A stretch of 64,000 bases of DNA from the human T2T-CHM13v2.0 reference genome, Homo sapiens: assembly GCF_009914755.1 (NCBI RefSeq), contig NC_060926.1. The stretch is one strand, 5' to 3'. This document shows, in pieces, positions 15,985-30,474 of the stretch. Both the position numbers and the translations under genes were made by a program. Each line of letters begins with the position of its first letter. The stretch's first letter is position 1. The notes under the pieces are model-generated. The model did not search any database. It was given only the letters and a program-made list of their open reading frames with translations, and was not told the DNA's origin.

Positions 15985-16950
15985 TTTTTTCTTTTTCTTT
16001 TAATTGCGATATAGCATGTACTATAAAATATATAAATTTAATACATTTTAATGTATGTATACATTCACGTAAATACAATACACCTGATGATATAGAGTGT
16101 TTTCACCACCCTAGAAGCTCCCTTGAACCCCTACCAGTTGAGATTTCCCCCAAAGATAACCACCTCTATTAACCTAGATCAGTTTTATCTATTTTTAAGC
16201 TTCATATAAGGAAATCACACAATATATTTCTTTTGTGTCTGGCTTCTTTCACTCAACATTATGTCTGTAAGATTCATCTGTATTATTATAGACAGAAGGA
16301 TATTTTTTCACTGCTGGGTAGTACCCCATTGTATGAGTATGCCACTATTTATTTATTTATTTTGCTACCGATGAAAATTTAAAATGTTTTCAGTTTTTGG
16401 CCATTTTGAATAATTCTACTATGTACATTCTTTTAAGTGTTTTTTGGTAGACATAAATACTCATTTTTGTTATGTATATATACATAGTAGAATTATTGGG
16501 CCACAAGATATTCATATCTAGCTTTAGTAGATTCTGAAAACAGTCTTCCAAACTGATTGTACCAATATATATTTCTATCAGCAATGTATGAAAATTTCAA
16601 TTGTTTCACATCTTGTCTAATCCATGGTATCAGTATTGTCAGTCCTTTTGATTTTAGCCATTCTAGTGGAGGTGTGGTGGTATCTTCTTGTGGTTTTAAT
16701 TTGTATTTCCCCAATAGCTAGTGATAATGAGCTCCTTTTCTTTTTTTTATTGGCCAATTGTATATTTTGTGAGCGTTTGTTCATATCTTTAGCCCATTTT
16801 TAAAACTGGGTTGTCAGCTTTTTCATTATTGATTTATAGGAAGTCTTTAAATATAGCCTGAACAGGAGTCCTTTGTCAGATATACACATCACAAGTCATC
16901 TTCCAGGTTGTGGCATGCTTTTCACTCTCTAAATGTTGTCTTATGATAAC
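15985..16950 (-). mobile_element. Old L1M (MB-ME class) 3' fragment inserted into a MIR
   Basis: Degenerate ORF2 C-terminus (ttttagccattctagtgg...gtggttttaatttgtatttccc). MIR halves lie at ~15845-15975 and ~16960-17085. Confidence 0.75.
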
Positions 16951-17221
16951 CCCAATTGTTTAAAAAGACAAAGCCCCAAGGCTTAAATAGAGTAAGCAAC
17001 TTGCCTGTAGTCATTCAATAAATGATAGAGCATGGATTCAAACAAAGGCTTCCCGAACCCTGAGCCAGTGCTCTTATTGCTCTTCTGTTTTAAGGAATAT
17101 TAGACTAAGAATGCTTAGTTTTAGAAATACCTTCTTGAATGTTTGTCATGTTGACTAAAGGTGAATGGATGGTAATATCTTCGTATATCTAAGTTACATG
17201 ATGCCATAGAAAGCATACCAT

Positions 17222-17559
17222 ATGATATGGTTTGGCTGTGTCGCCACCCAATCTCATCTTGAATTCCCATGTGTTGTGGGAGGGACCTAGTGGGAGGTAA
17301 TTGAATCACGTGGGCAGGTCTTTCTCATGCTGTTCTCGTGATAGTGAATAAGTCTCACGAGATCTGATGGTTATATAAGGGAGAGTTTCCCTGCACAAGC
17401 TCTCTCTTTACCTGCTGACATCCATGTAAGACATGACTTGCTCCTCCTTGCCTTCTGCCATGATTGTGAGTCCTCTCCAGCCATGTGGAACTGTAAATCC
17501 ATTAAATGTCTTTCATTTATAAATTGCCTTTATCAGCAGCATGAAAATGGACTAATACA
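17222..17559 (+). mobile_element. THE1A/B solo LTR
   Basis: tgatatggtttggctgtgtc...gagtttccctgcacaagctc...gactaataca. Confidence 0.9.
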
Positions 17560-17702
17560 GAATATTACAGGCACGTCTTGTAGAGAACCAGATAAATAAG
17601 TCTGCTTTGATGTGATTCTTTAATGGTTGTGTAGCAGGCCTAGAGTATGCCATCCTTGTAGCAGCTACAGAAGCTCTGAAACCAGAGTAGAGGTCACTCT
17701 TT

Positions 17703-18114
17703 TGTAAGAGAAGTATATATCTATTAAAAAAACCTCTTATCTGTTGGGGTGTCTCCCTCACTCTACCAAGAAAAGAAGGAATGACTCTAGCCTCCAGACA
17801 CTCTTAGTAAATGGAGAAGGCACTGATTTAAATCCACTTAACAAACCTTACCCTTGTTTACTGTGTTTTTCCTAGTTACTTCCTCATAACTGGCCTCCCT
17901 ACACCCTTCTTTGTTATAGCTTAAGATTGTATTTAAGCCTGAATTCAAAGTCACCTCTTGGAGATTTACTCATTTCTCTGGGTACCTCCCATCAATACAT
18001 GAGGTATACATGTTAATAAACTTCTTTGTTTTCATGTTAATCTGTCTTTTGTTACAGGGATCGGTCCCAACCAAGAACTCAGAAGGAGAGAAAATTATTT
18101 TTTCCTCCCCTATA
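17703..18114 (+). mobile_element. ERV1 (MER4-group; MER34/39/67-like) LTR
   Basis: aataaacttc...gttaatctgtcttttgttacaggg...aaaattatttttcctccccta 3' end. Confidence 0.6.
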
Positions 18115-18674
18115 GTTGCAAGTTTGCATGTACCTAAGAAAGTAAATGACAATAGTCTTCAAAAGCTTCTTTTAAGAAAAATTTTGCATAGGTGTTTTCT
18201 CTGAATTTTCAGGTCTTCTCTGATTCCCAGAAGAATTAATGGACACTCAAAAGGAGGTCTCTGATTCCCTATATTAGATAAAAATTTCTTTGCATTTTTG
18301 TTTTTGATAATGTATGTCTTGGTTTATTAAGTTGGTTTAATTAAGGCCACTAAGAAGTATCATTTTCTGCCTCTGAGAGATGGCAAAGATTTAGAAATTA
18401 CAATAAGTGGGGCAGATACAATACAGGCATCTGGGCTTGGTGGAGTGGAAAAGTAGTATAACTGTTGTTAAACAATATATGAAATTAATATCATTTCACC
18501 AAGAAAGTCTCCCTCTAGAAATCTGTCCTAAGGAAATAAACATCCATCCATTCAACAACTACTGATTGAGCACCTATTATGTGCTATACACTATATCAGG
18601 CATGGAAGTTAGCAGTAAAAATACCAAGTCTCTGACTCAGTGGAATTAATCATCTAGTGGGGGAGAGAGAAAAT

Positions 18675-18676
<2 letters not shown>

Positions 18677-18713
<37 letters not shown>

Positions 18714-18716
18714 TGT
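18677..18716. repeat. (TG)n microsatellite
   Basis: About 20 TG units seen directly. Confidence 0.95.
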
Positions 18717-18877
18717 GGATTTATATATACAAATGTATTTTAATTAATTTAAATGTAAATCTTAATTTATAAGTATATTTATTAAATAAAAAATGTGCAT
18801 TATAATAATAAATGCATAAACTTTTATTATATGTAATAAATATCAAAGCACATATATTCAAAACATATATAAAACTA

Positions 18878-19286
<409 letters not shown>

Positions 19287-19316
19287 TCAGCTCAGGCCTA
19301 TCTGAAGAGGTGATAT

Positions 19317-20091
19317 TGAAACCTCCTTTGCAAAGATTGAGACAGAGATATCTAACATGGCTGACTCCATCTTGCTTCTATTCTCACAGGCTGGCTGTCC
19401 TCACTCAGTCCTGGGTGTAGGCCAAGCTAACCATGGCAGGAATTTAGTTTACAGTTTAACTTTGAAGCAAGGATGATAATAGTTCCTCCCTAAAATTGAC
19501 CCTCCCTGCCTTGTTTTGTAAGTCTACTGAAAGGTGATAAGATTAAGAGTATTAAAGGGGCCTGAATTCTGCTAAGATATAGGTGTAGTTAAACGATAAC
19601 CAGCCATTGTTTCTTAGCTTGCTTTTCTACAATCCCTTACTGCTCAGAAGTCCTGTGGCCAGAAGTTACAAGATTTGTGACTTTCCCAATCTTTCTTATA
19701 GACAACATCACTGTTGTAGAACCTAAGATGGGTTTTTTGAGATGTTTTTCAGACTTTTCAACTGACTGACTCCACTCAGACCCATGACTCATGACTCAAC
19801 CAGTCCTGTGGTCCTGACTCAGAGGCTGACTCAGCCACGAGGACAGTTTTCCATACCTCTACGATTTCATTGCCAAACAATCAGCATTTCCCATTCCCTA
19901 GCCCCCTGCCCATGAAACTATCCTTGAAAAACTCTAACCTCCAAGCTTTCAGGGCAGCTGATTCGAGTAATTACTCCCATCCTCTCACTTGGCTAGCCTT
20001 GCAACTATTAAACTTTTCCTACCACAGTACTGCTCTCAGTGGATTGGTTTTATCTGTGCAGCAAGCAAGATGAACCTGTTAGGCAATTACA
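19317..20091 (+). mobile_element. LTR8-family (LTR8A/B-like) ERV1 solo LTR
   Basis: TGAAACCTCCTTTGCAAAGATT start, ...GGCAATTACA end, 4-bp TSD atat on both sides. Confidence 0.85.
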
Positions 20092-22440
20092 ATATTTAAC
20101 AGATATGTGAATGAAATAATAGGAGTTCTGGGAGAAAGAGTGTTCCAGGAAGAAAGCATAGTAAGTCTAAAAACCTTGAAGCGGGAACAAACAAGGACAA
20201 GAAAGTCAGTGAGACTGGGGTCTGATTGCAGGATGTGAGGTGGAGGAGTTGGAGGCACCAGATCACATACAGCCTGGTAGAGCATGAGAGAAATTTGGAT
20301 GTAACATAAGTATGTTTGCTGAGTAGGGGAGAGAGATGATCTGATTCCTGTCTTCATAAGACCATTTTGCCTCTTGCGTGGAGAATAGACTGTGAAAGGA
20401 TAAACATGAGGAGATCAGTCAAGAAACGACTGCAGTTGCCCATGAGAGAGCTAATGGTTGCTTAGACAAAGGTGGTAGTGGTAGAGAATTGAGCAGTGGT
20501 TTCAGAATATATTTGTATGTAGAACCAACTAGACTTATTCATTAGGTGTGGGACATTAAAGAAAGAGAGGAATCAAGTCTCATTACCATGGTTTTAGCAT
20601 GAGCACTTGAAAAATAGTGGGTGATGTCATTTACTAAGATTTGAGATAACAGTATTTAGGATGCTAATAAAACTTCCTGGCCTTTTAGCCAGAAAAACCT
20701 GGCTATTTCTAATTCCATTTTTGACTGATTGAGTCATCTTAAGCAAGTGATTTATGTGATTGGGACCTTAATGCTTACATGTGCAAAATACTACCCTTTT
20801 CTTATTGACTTTAAGAACCAAGAACACTGTAAAAGTGAAGTGAGGGCTTCAGGTGGAAAATGCAATGGAAAGGTAATAGTTGTAAGAAGTAAGCTCAGAT
20901 AATGAGGCCAGGGTCATGAATTCTATTCCACACTCCCCAGGACCTGTGAATTTCTAAATCCATGCCATTTATCAGGGAGGACTCATTAGGCTCACTGATA
21001 CCTGTTGACATCTTCTGAAATAAGCCTTCCAGAATAGCAAAGAAGCCCCAAAACTTGAAAAAAGTTCTCAGGTCACCAAGGCCACAATTTCAATAGAATT
21101 GCACTTTGTGCTTTCTGAGGTCTCTGAAGAATAATGCTTGTCAACTAATACAATGAATTTTTCCTTTTTATACTTAATATTGCACTAAACAGAGGCATGC
21201 AGTGAAAGGACTGATGGTCACATTCTTTCCTGTATTCACAAGCACCTTGTACAACATCTCATTATTATTCCAAAAAACAAAGCAATGCCCATATTACTGT
21301 TTAACACTCATTAAACCAAGTTAGCTCACTTTGATAAGGAATTCTGAAATCATTCTCTGCTTTATCTTTCCACTTTCTAAATAATAAGAAATTAATGGGC
21401 ATCAGTCAGAGTACCTACTTTCTTCCAATTGTGCAGTCTTGTGAGAAATAAAGCTGAAAAGCTCAGGGGGCTCTACAGCAGACAAAAGGGGGAAAAACCA
21501 CACTGCAAACCTGTATGTATGTAAACTGGTGTGCTGCAGGAGACTTAAGCCTTTGCCTTGTTCGTCTCCTCCTTACCTACACATTTGACAAAATACAACT
21601 GATAGAAGCCACCAACTGATGACAGATATTTTAAAAGTTTAAGGTAGAATTCCATTAAGATAGTTAATGGATTAAAAAAAAAAGCACACAGGCTGCAAGA
21701 TGAACAAATGAATTCAGTACCTTGGAGTTCTCTGCAAAATAAAATGTTGTAAGAGATGTAAAGATGCTAGAGTATCATCACTATATTGTTAGATGCACAA
21801 AAAAGGAGTATTCATTTGTAGTGTAATGGGACTACACCTATCTAAAGGAGCAGGAAGAAAAGGCCAACATTGCAGATAATGATCAGATACAACTCTCAGA
21901 TTGCCTTACTTTATTAGATATTTTCCTGAAAGGTTATGTGCATAAAGATCTTGGAAAATTTAGTGATAATTTGAACGCACTATTTAAAAGATGTGTGTGT
22001 GTGTGTGTTTGTGAAAATAGAGCTTTCTTGGCAGTGCAATAATCACACACAATTATTTTAAAATTCTATATTCATATGGATTAGATTTGCTTAAATTAGA
22101 AACATATATAATAAAAAGTTATATATACCTCAGAAGAGGTCAATAAATGAAACAGGGAGAAATGATTATATAAAGACATGATTATATAAAATGATTATAT
22201 ATACACATCAATCAGTGTGTATAGTCCATGCAGATAAAACTTCTGCATGGAAGTTTTATCCTTGTTCTAAAGTCCCTACCATTGCTCCAAATCTCTTATG
22301 AGCTAATGTCTGGTCTCCTTTTCCTTAGAGAAATGGGGAAGCTGGATGAGATCACCTCAATATTACAATTTCTTCCATCTGCACCCATTTTCTTCACATC
22401 TCTGAGGAAAAGGTGTATGCTTCCACTTGGCCTCTCTATT

Positions 22441-23930
22441 TCTTTTTTTATTCTTATTATGCTTTAAGTTATGGGGTACATGTGCAGAACGTGCAGTTTT
22501 GTTACGTAGGTATACATGTGCCATGGTGGTTTGCTGCACCCATCAACTCATCACCTACATTAGGTATTTCTCCTAATGTTATCCCTCCCCTAGCCCCCAA
22601 CTCCCCAACAGGCCCCAGAGTGTGATGTTCCCCGCCCCATGTCCATGTGTTCTCATTGTTCAACTCCCACTTATGAGTGAGAACATGCGGTGTTTGATTT
22701 TCTGTTCTTGTGATAGTTTGCTGAGAATGATGGTTTCCAGCTTCATCTATGTCCCTGCAAAGGACATGAACTCATCTTTTTTATGGCTGCATAGTATTCC
22801 ATGGTGTATATGTGCCACATTTTCTTTATCCAGTCTAATATTGATGAACATTTGGGTTGGTTCCAAGTCTTTGCTATTGTGAATAGTGCTGCAATAAACA
22901 TACGTGTGCACGTGTCTTTATAGTAGAATGATTTATAATCCTTTGGGTATATACCCAGTAATGGGATTGCTGGGTCAAATGGTATTTCTAGTTCCAGATC
23001 CTTGAGGAATTGTCACACTGTCTTCCAATGGTTGAACTGATTTTTACTCCCACCAACAGTGTAAAAGCATCCCTATTTCTCCACATCCTCTCCAGCACCT
23101 GTTGTTTCCTGACTTTTTAATGATTGCCATTCTAACTGGCGTGAGATGGTATCTCACTGTGGTTTTGATTTGCATTTCTCTAATGACCAGTGATGATGAG
23201 CATTTTTTCATATATTTGTTAGCTGCATAAATGACTTCTTTTGAGAAGTGTCTGTTCATATCCTTTGCTGACTTTTTGATGGGATTGTTTCTTTTCTTGT
23301 AAATTTGTTTAAATTCTTTGTAGATTCTGGATATTAGCCCTTTGTCAGATGGCTAGATTGCAAAAATTTTCTCCCATTCTGTAGGTTGCCTGTTCACTCT
23401 GATGGTAGTTTCTTTTGCTGTGCAGAAGCTCTTTAGTTTAATTATATCCCATTTGTCAATTTTGGCTTTTGTTGCCATTGCTTTCGGTGTTTTAGACATG
23501 AAGTCTTTGCCCATGCCTATGTCCTGAATGGTATTGCCCAGGTTTTCCTCTAGGATTTTTATGGTCCTAGGTCTTATGTTTAAGTCTTTGATCCATCTTG
23601 AGTTGATTTTTGTATAAGGTGTAAGGAAGGGGTCCAGTTTCAGTTTTCTGCATATGGCTAGCCAGTTTTCCCAACACCATTTATTAAGTAGGGAATCTTT
23701 TCCCCATTCTTGTTTGTGTCAGGTTTGTCAAAGATCAGATAGTTGTAGATGTGTGGTGTTATTTCTGAGGCCTCTGTTCTGTTCCATTAGTCTATATCTC
23801 TGTTTTGGTACCAGTACCATGCCGTTTTGGTTACTGTAGCCTTGTAGTATAGTTTGAAGTCAGGTAGCATGATGCCTCCAGCTTTGTTCTTCTTGCCCAG
23901 GATTGTCTTGGCTATGTGGGCTCTTTTTTG
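22441..23930 (-). mobile_element. 5'-truncated L1PA7/8-like LINE-1, sense to ZNF385B
   Basis: Reverse-complement L1 3'UTR and ORF2 (ORF 23044..23259). Confidence 0.93.
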
Positions 23931-24219
23931 GATAAAACCTCTTTCCTATAGCTTCAACTACTTCCTTTACACTTGATTCTTTTTTTCTGTCTACAAATGC
24001 TGAAATCTCCATGTTCTAAAAGTCACTCCTTAACTCAGTTTACTCCCAGGGCTTCCCACCTATCTTCTCTCTGGTGCTGAACTGGAAGTGGGTGTGTGAA
24101 ATATGCCTTTCTGCTTCCTGTCTTCCTATCCATCCTTATCCTCCTGTCAAAGGCAAAGGTGTCTCTTCTGTCTTCTCTTGAACTGGACATGATTTTTTTC
24201 TGGAAACTTTTTCCCTTCA

Positions 24220-25050
24220 ATGTCCACAATATTTTTCACCTTTGATGTTCATGAAATTTCCCCTGACTGGTTCTCCTTTAGCTTCTACAACAGCTCGTTC
24301 TAGACCCCTTCACCATCTCCTATTCTTCTGCCTGTCCCTAAATGTTGGCATTCCTCAAGATCATACTCTAGTCTTTTTCTTGGGCATTACATGATCTAAT
24401 TCAATTCAATGACTTCCTCTACCACACTGACATAGATTCCTAAATCAAGAGGTAAATTCTCTACTTTTCTCTCAAGATCAAGACCCTTTTCCACCAATAC
24501 TCTATAGGATGTCTGCTTTTAGATATTTCATGGGTATTTCAAACTCAACATGCCTGATACTGAATGTATAAGCTGCTCCACACAGGGGCCTTTCCAAGTA
24601 GTCCTCACGTCAATTGATGGTATTGCCAGTTATATATTAGAACTGTCAGCAATGATTCTTAAATTCTCTCTCTTACATTCTGCAGTTAACTAATTATCCT
24701 CATCTATCAGCCTTATTCACCGTTTAAACTAGCATTTATTCAGCATTTACTATGTGCCACTACCTCATTTTAGGCCCTAATCTATTCTCTCTGGATTACC
24801 ATGAAATTTCTTTACTGATCTTGACCATTCTAGTCTCTGAGCCCATGTCTTCCCTTCTTCCCTACTCCATACCTTTATAATCCTCTTCACATAATTATAT
24901 TATGATCTTCCATTAATTATAATTATTTATTTGCACTTAAAAATTATTACCAGGAGAGATTCTTGAGTCCTGGAATCATGTCTTGATTTACCTTTATGCC
25001 CAATGTACAGAAAGCCATAGGTGAGCAATACGTTTGCTGAAATAAGGAAT
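24220..25050 (+). mobile_element. L2 fragments
   Basis: ctaaatgttggcattcctcaag, tcaaactcaacatg and a 3' tail caatacgtttgctgaaat. Confidence 0.6.
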
Positions 25051-25678
25051 GTCCAATTCAAGGCAGTGCTCTCTAGCCTCAGAAATAAAAATATAAGAAA
25101 AATTCACTGCTAATAGCTGAATCATAACTAGTAAAACAAATATACATAGAACAGACACATAAATGCATTTTAGCTGTTGACTATGTAAATTACGCATATC
25201 ATTGTTGTCAAGTCTATATATTCGCAATATATATTTAATGTCACTTGAGGTTAAAACAATTCTCTTGAGTGGATCTCCTTGCGATGTACTAGACAGGGTC
25301 ATAACAACAAACACATTCCTTTGTGGCAGGTCTAGTATTTTGATGTTTGATGAAATGAACAAATCTGTGATTATCTCCTTTGTTATAAATCCTATACAAA
25401 CATACATATAGATAAAAAATGTACCTCTGATAACGATATAGCTAAGGCATATACCTCTGCCTGACAATCTGAAGCACATGTGAAAAAAAAAATCACCAAA
25501 ATATAGCCATTCCTCTTTGCAGCTAAACTCATGTTCTGTTCTTTGGCAAGATTTCTCTTGAAACTATAGGTATTCTGTTTGGAAATTCATCAGAGGCTTC
25601 TAGCCCAACAACCCATCTCTGCAATGGTCTATATAGTCAATATTAAATTATATTATACAATATCCATTTGTGTTATCA

Positions 25679-26121
<443 letters not shown>

Positions 26122-28204
26122 TTAATTTCCCCTACTCTTTAGGTAATAGATGTGCATTACTGAGGGTGTCATTATAAAGACTTCGTGTGTTGGCGATGGT
26201 ACCACTCACAATTAACCCATATCCCCAGGTGCATAATTTTACATCTGGTGGCCCAAGAGTGATTCTGAAGTACATTGGGAATCCTTCAGTCTATCCATTT
26301 AGGCTTCCTCCAACTAGATGCCTCATTTAAACTTGGTCTAATTCCAAATGTCCCCAAGGGTTACCTAGTATAGTATAGTACAGGCTGCTTTAGCTCATAA
26401 CACCCACTAGTTAGCTGACTTGCTTTATTAGTCATAGGATTTCCTGTTGGAAATGTCTCATCTCAATTCCTCACTGGAGGGTGAACTACTGGACCACCTT
26501 TGGAAACAGAAAACATTTTCTATATGGTGTCTGCCATTTTGTAGAAGTGGAAAACAAAACAGAATACTTAAGTCATAAGCCCAGAAATACTGAGTAGCCA
26601 AGGACAGACATGGAACTTAAAGCTAGTTTTTGAAATTCTCCGAGCATTATAATATTACACATTGGGTCAATCTAAGGCAGTCAGGCCCTTCTTATCCAGT
26701 GCCCACATTATCATGCCTGTAGCTAAATTCCAGAAACCCTCTCTCTTCAAGCATGGTTCATGACTGTGAAGCTTGCTAAATCCTAATTAGCTACATTTAT
26801 GTCTAATTTTCATATCTTGACTTTTAGACTAATCCTGAAAGCAGGGAAAATTGTCTATAAAGTGACTCTTCACTGAATCAGAATCTGCATGTCCTTTAGA
26901 AAAAAAAAACAACAAAATAAAAAGCATATTCATTTTAAGTAACTTAGGACCCATAAAAGTTAGGCAGTGAACTTCAAAAGTCTAAAACCAGCCCTGCATC
27001 ATACTCACATCTTCTGGTAATTCTCTGCCAGGCTACAATCCTGGCTTAGGATGTCACTGCTCTTTCCATTTGAAAGCCTCTATCAATCAGGTTCTGGCCA
27101 TTGGTTCATGGCCTGCAGAGATTCTGTGGTTCAATAGAAAGTCAGCCATTGCCCTCCTTGTCTAAGCATCATATGACAACTACCCTGTTGTACCTTGTGC
27201 CACTTTGGAAGCACAAGCTGCCAGCCTCACACTCAGATAAAACAATGGCATCTCCAACTATCTCCATGTTGAAAGCTGGCAGCCTACCTTCTGTATCAGT
27301 GAACTGGCACCGATGTTAGTGAACTTGTCAGCTTTTCTGAGTGAGCATAAAAAAGGGCTTGTTTACTAGAGTTTGAATCTAATGAACAGCTTTCTCTTAT
27401 TTTGTGTAGTTTTTCCAGCCATTTGACTTGCAGAATAGAGAAATCATATTTCAACTTCTCCGGGTTGAAAAACTGCCCCTTTTCCAATTTGTCACCAAGA
27501 GATGTGAAACAGTTATTTCTGAGGCAGCTTTATTATGGAAAATAGAATGAGTAACTCATGTCGCTCAAATCAAATTCCTCAGGGAGTAGGTTCAGTAGAG
27601 ATTCAAAAGCTGGGAGTAAGATTAAAAACTAATTTTCTAGGTGAAATGAGAAAAGGTTCTTTTTCTTTGAAATGAATGGCTCTTTATAGAGGAAACAGAT
27701 TCACAAGGTACAAGTAAAACATTTGAATTCGGGTCTCCTCACCCTCTTTCCTCTCTAGATTCAGAAAACAGCAAAGGGTTTTAGCTTTGATACTTCAGGC
27801 AGGATGAGGTGGACGCTGGCAATGGAAAAGTCAGCCTGAGAGCTAGGGAGGAAACTGAGTCTTTCTTCATCTAGTCAGGGAAACTTCCAGGAGACAAGCT
27901 TTTTGCCTCAGGCTGCTTCAGGGACTCAGGTACCAGGTTCTTACTCTTTATGGACCTAACTACGTACTTACTGCCTGCTCAAAGGAGACTATGTGGACAT
28001 TCAGGGGTTGGACTGCCCAGGCATAAGAAAGATACCAATCCTTTAAAAATATATTTCTAAAAGCCAATTATAAAAAAATTCTAATGTATTTAAATTCAAT
28101 CTGCAGCCTTATTACAACGTTGTTAAAGCGGGCTTTATATTTAAGACCTAGAGGTTACAGGAGAAAGTCTGTTGGCCATAGGAAGTCTCCTTTAAAAAGT
28201 GGTA

Positions 28205-28594
28205 TCAAGCTGCTCTGCTCTGCCTATGGAGTAGCCATTCTTTTTGCTTGTTTCTTAATAAACTTGCTTTCACTTTTTTCTAAGGCAGTGTTGTCCCATC
28301 TTTGGGCTTCCCTGGGCCACACTGGAAGAAGAAGAATTGTCTTGGGCCACACATAAGTTATACTAACACTAACGATAGCTGATAAACTAAAAAAATTAAA
28401 TCGCAAAAAAATCTCATAATGTTTTAAGAAAGTTTACAAATTCGTGTTGGATTGCATTCAAAGTCTTGGGCTGCATGTGGCCTGTGGGCTGTGGGTTGGA
28501 CAAGCTTGTTCTATGGACTTGCCCCGAATTCTTTCTTGTGTGAGGTCTAAGAACTCTCTCTTGGGGTCTGGATCAGGACCCCTTTCTGGTAATA
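28205..28594 (+). mobile_element. MER41 LTR, 3' portion only, interrupted by MER30
   Basis: ctgcctatggagtagccattc...aataaacttgctttcact and ctcttggggtctggatcaggacccctttctggtaa. Confidence 0.8.
28286..28508 (+). mobile_element. MER30 hAT-Charlie MITE
   Basis: ggcttccctgggccacactggaagaagaagaattgtc...ttggacaagcttg. 8-bp TSD ttctaagg/ttctatgg. Confidence 0.9.
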
Positions 28595-30157
28595 TCTTCC
28601 TGGCAAACCACGAAGGGACTACACTATTAAGAGATCCCTGACCCAAAGGAAAATCATCAGCAAAGCACAAATTGGCCGACTTTGGGTAAGTGGTGGGGTA
28701 CATTTTACCCAGGAAAAGGATGGGATTGGGTTAGAGGTCCAATTTAGGAGAGTTAGAGTCCCTCCTAATACAGAGAAGGTTAAAGGCCCTTCTTAGTAAA
28801 AAACAAGGATGCTTGACCGAACTTGGGTTTGAGGCCCAACTTAGGAAGGGTAGAGTCCTTTCTAAAATGTTAAGGGGTTAAAGGCCCACCTCAGTAAAGT
28901 CTCTCTTTGATTAAAAATGGACTTGGCGCTATGAGCTGTTAACCACTATTCTCTTTAGATTAATCTGCCTTGTGCCCTTCGCTGTCAGCTGTGGGTGACT
29001 GGATTAGGCATGTACAGATCATAAGACATGGGCAGCTTTTTTCTCCCCAATGGGGGAAACTTGATGGCTGATGGGACTGCTGGAAGAGATTCCTTTGCAA
29101 CTGACAAGCGGCCGCCTGAACTTTTGACTCAGTGTCGTTGGGATCTGTGGGTCTTTCCCTGGCCTCCCTGAATTCCTTGCCTTCCCTACCCCACCGCAGG
29201 CCATGCTTTTCTCTCACTTTCTCTCCTTTCCCTGTTCTGTCTTTTCTGTTACTTGGGGACACTGTCTGCTCTTCCATCTTGTACAGAGACCACATGTTGA
29301 AACTTCTAGTCTGAGGTCATTCCATCCCACTTTGAATGGATTAAGGATGACAGGCATCAACCAGGGCAAGTTTTAACCTTGCCAGTTTGATATTGGGTGC
29401 TAAGTGGAGTGGCTAATGTCTATGTTTTGTCATGCATATTTTGCTCTGGCTGGAAAAGAAAATGTTAATCCACTTCCTCCGTGCAGCCTGTTGGGCCGCA
29501 TCTCGCAAAACTGAGAGGATTTTTTGCCTATGGTCCCATGAAACTGAAAAAAGATGATTTTCCTTTGTGATATGGTTTGGCCCCCCCGGGCTATGGTGCA
29601 AGAAGCAGGGTCGCTAGGGCCACTCAGGGAGAAGGAACCCAGAAACCTAGCATGCTGGTGAAAGGTGAGAATTTCTTACCAGTCAGCCTTCTAGCCTCTC
29701 TCTCTGTGCAAACTGGTTGAAGGAATGGTAAAAATCACTGTTTGTCTCCTGTAAAGTTTTGATTCATGGGAAAAAGGATTTGTGAGGCTAGTGTTAGCCT
29801 GTAGCAAATCTGATGTGCTTTACCGTATGAATTTATCTTTCTGCTTTGTTCTGTCATAAAAAAGGTACCCTAGAATAAAATGTGGATCTAGGACCCCTGT
29901 AAGCCTGCTGTTCAAGCCAGCCCAGCAAGCTGGTCAGTTACAAACTTTGCTGTATGTCCCTGAAACAAACAAACAAACAAACAAACAAACAAACAAACTG
30001 GATGAGGTTTCCCTCTCCTCTTGTTTTATGTCCTTGAGAGCTTGACTTGTAACCATATGGTAGTACTTTCTCTTGGTCTTTGCCACCCAGAGGACAGGAA
30101 TTTTGGAGTTCATGTCATACATAGCTCCAAAAATCATCTTGAGCAGTTAAAAGCCTT
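28595..30157 (+). mobile_element. ERV1 internal leader (MER41-int-like) with tRNA-Arg-type primer-binding site, 3'-truncated
   Basis: PBS-like tggcaaaccacgaagggact at 28601-28620 directly after the LTR. MER4-group leader repeats (ttagagtcc) and (AAAC)n at 29963-29997. Confidence 0.75.
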
Positions 30158-30474
30158 AAAATGATATTATTTTAAGAGGGCTGGTTCCTCAAGGGGGCTT
30201 AGGGGTTTGTTATCATGCTAGGTCTCTTAGGAACGTTGTTATATGGAGATTTATGGCTTTGCAATTGTGACCATAAAGAATTGGGCAAGAAATAGATATG
30301 ACGTTGCATTGCAAACTATGAAACTCACAATAACATAACATAAATGACTAAGAGTTTCTTGCCTATCCTACCTTTGCCCCATGATACATACCTCATCAAG
30401 ACATTAGAAGTTATTATAAAAATAACTTCACATGGAGAATAGAGAAAAATAACTCATAATCTTGTCACACTAAA

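Noticed and set aside
24994-25479. 161-aa minus-strand ORF
   Set aside because: AT-rich with no recognisable domain, overlaps an L2 tail and does not fit the ZNF385B exon chain.
28601-28620. tRNA-complementary sequence
   Set aside because: Retroviral primer-binding site, not a tRNA gene.
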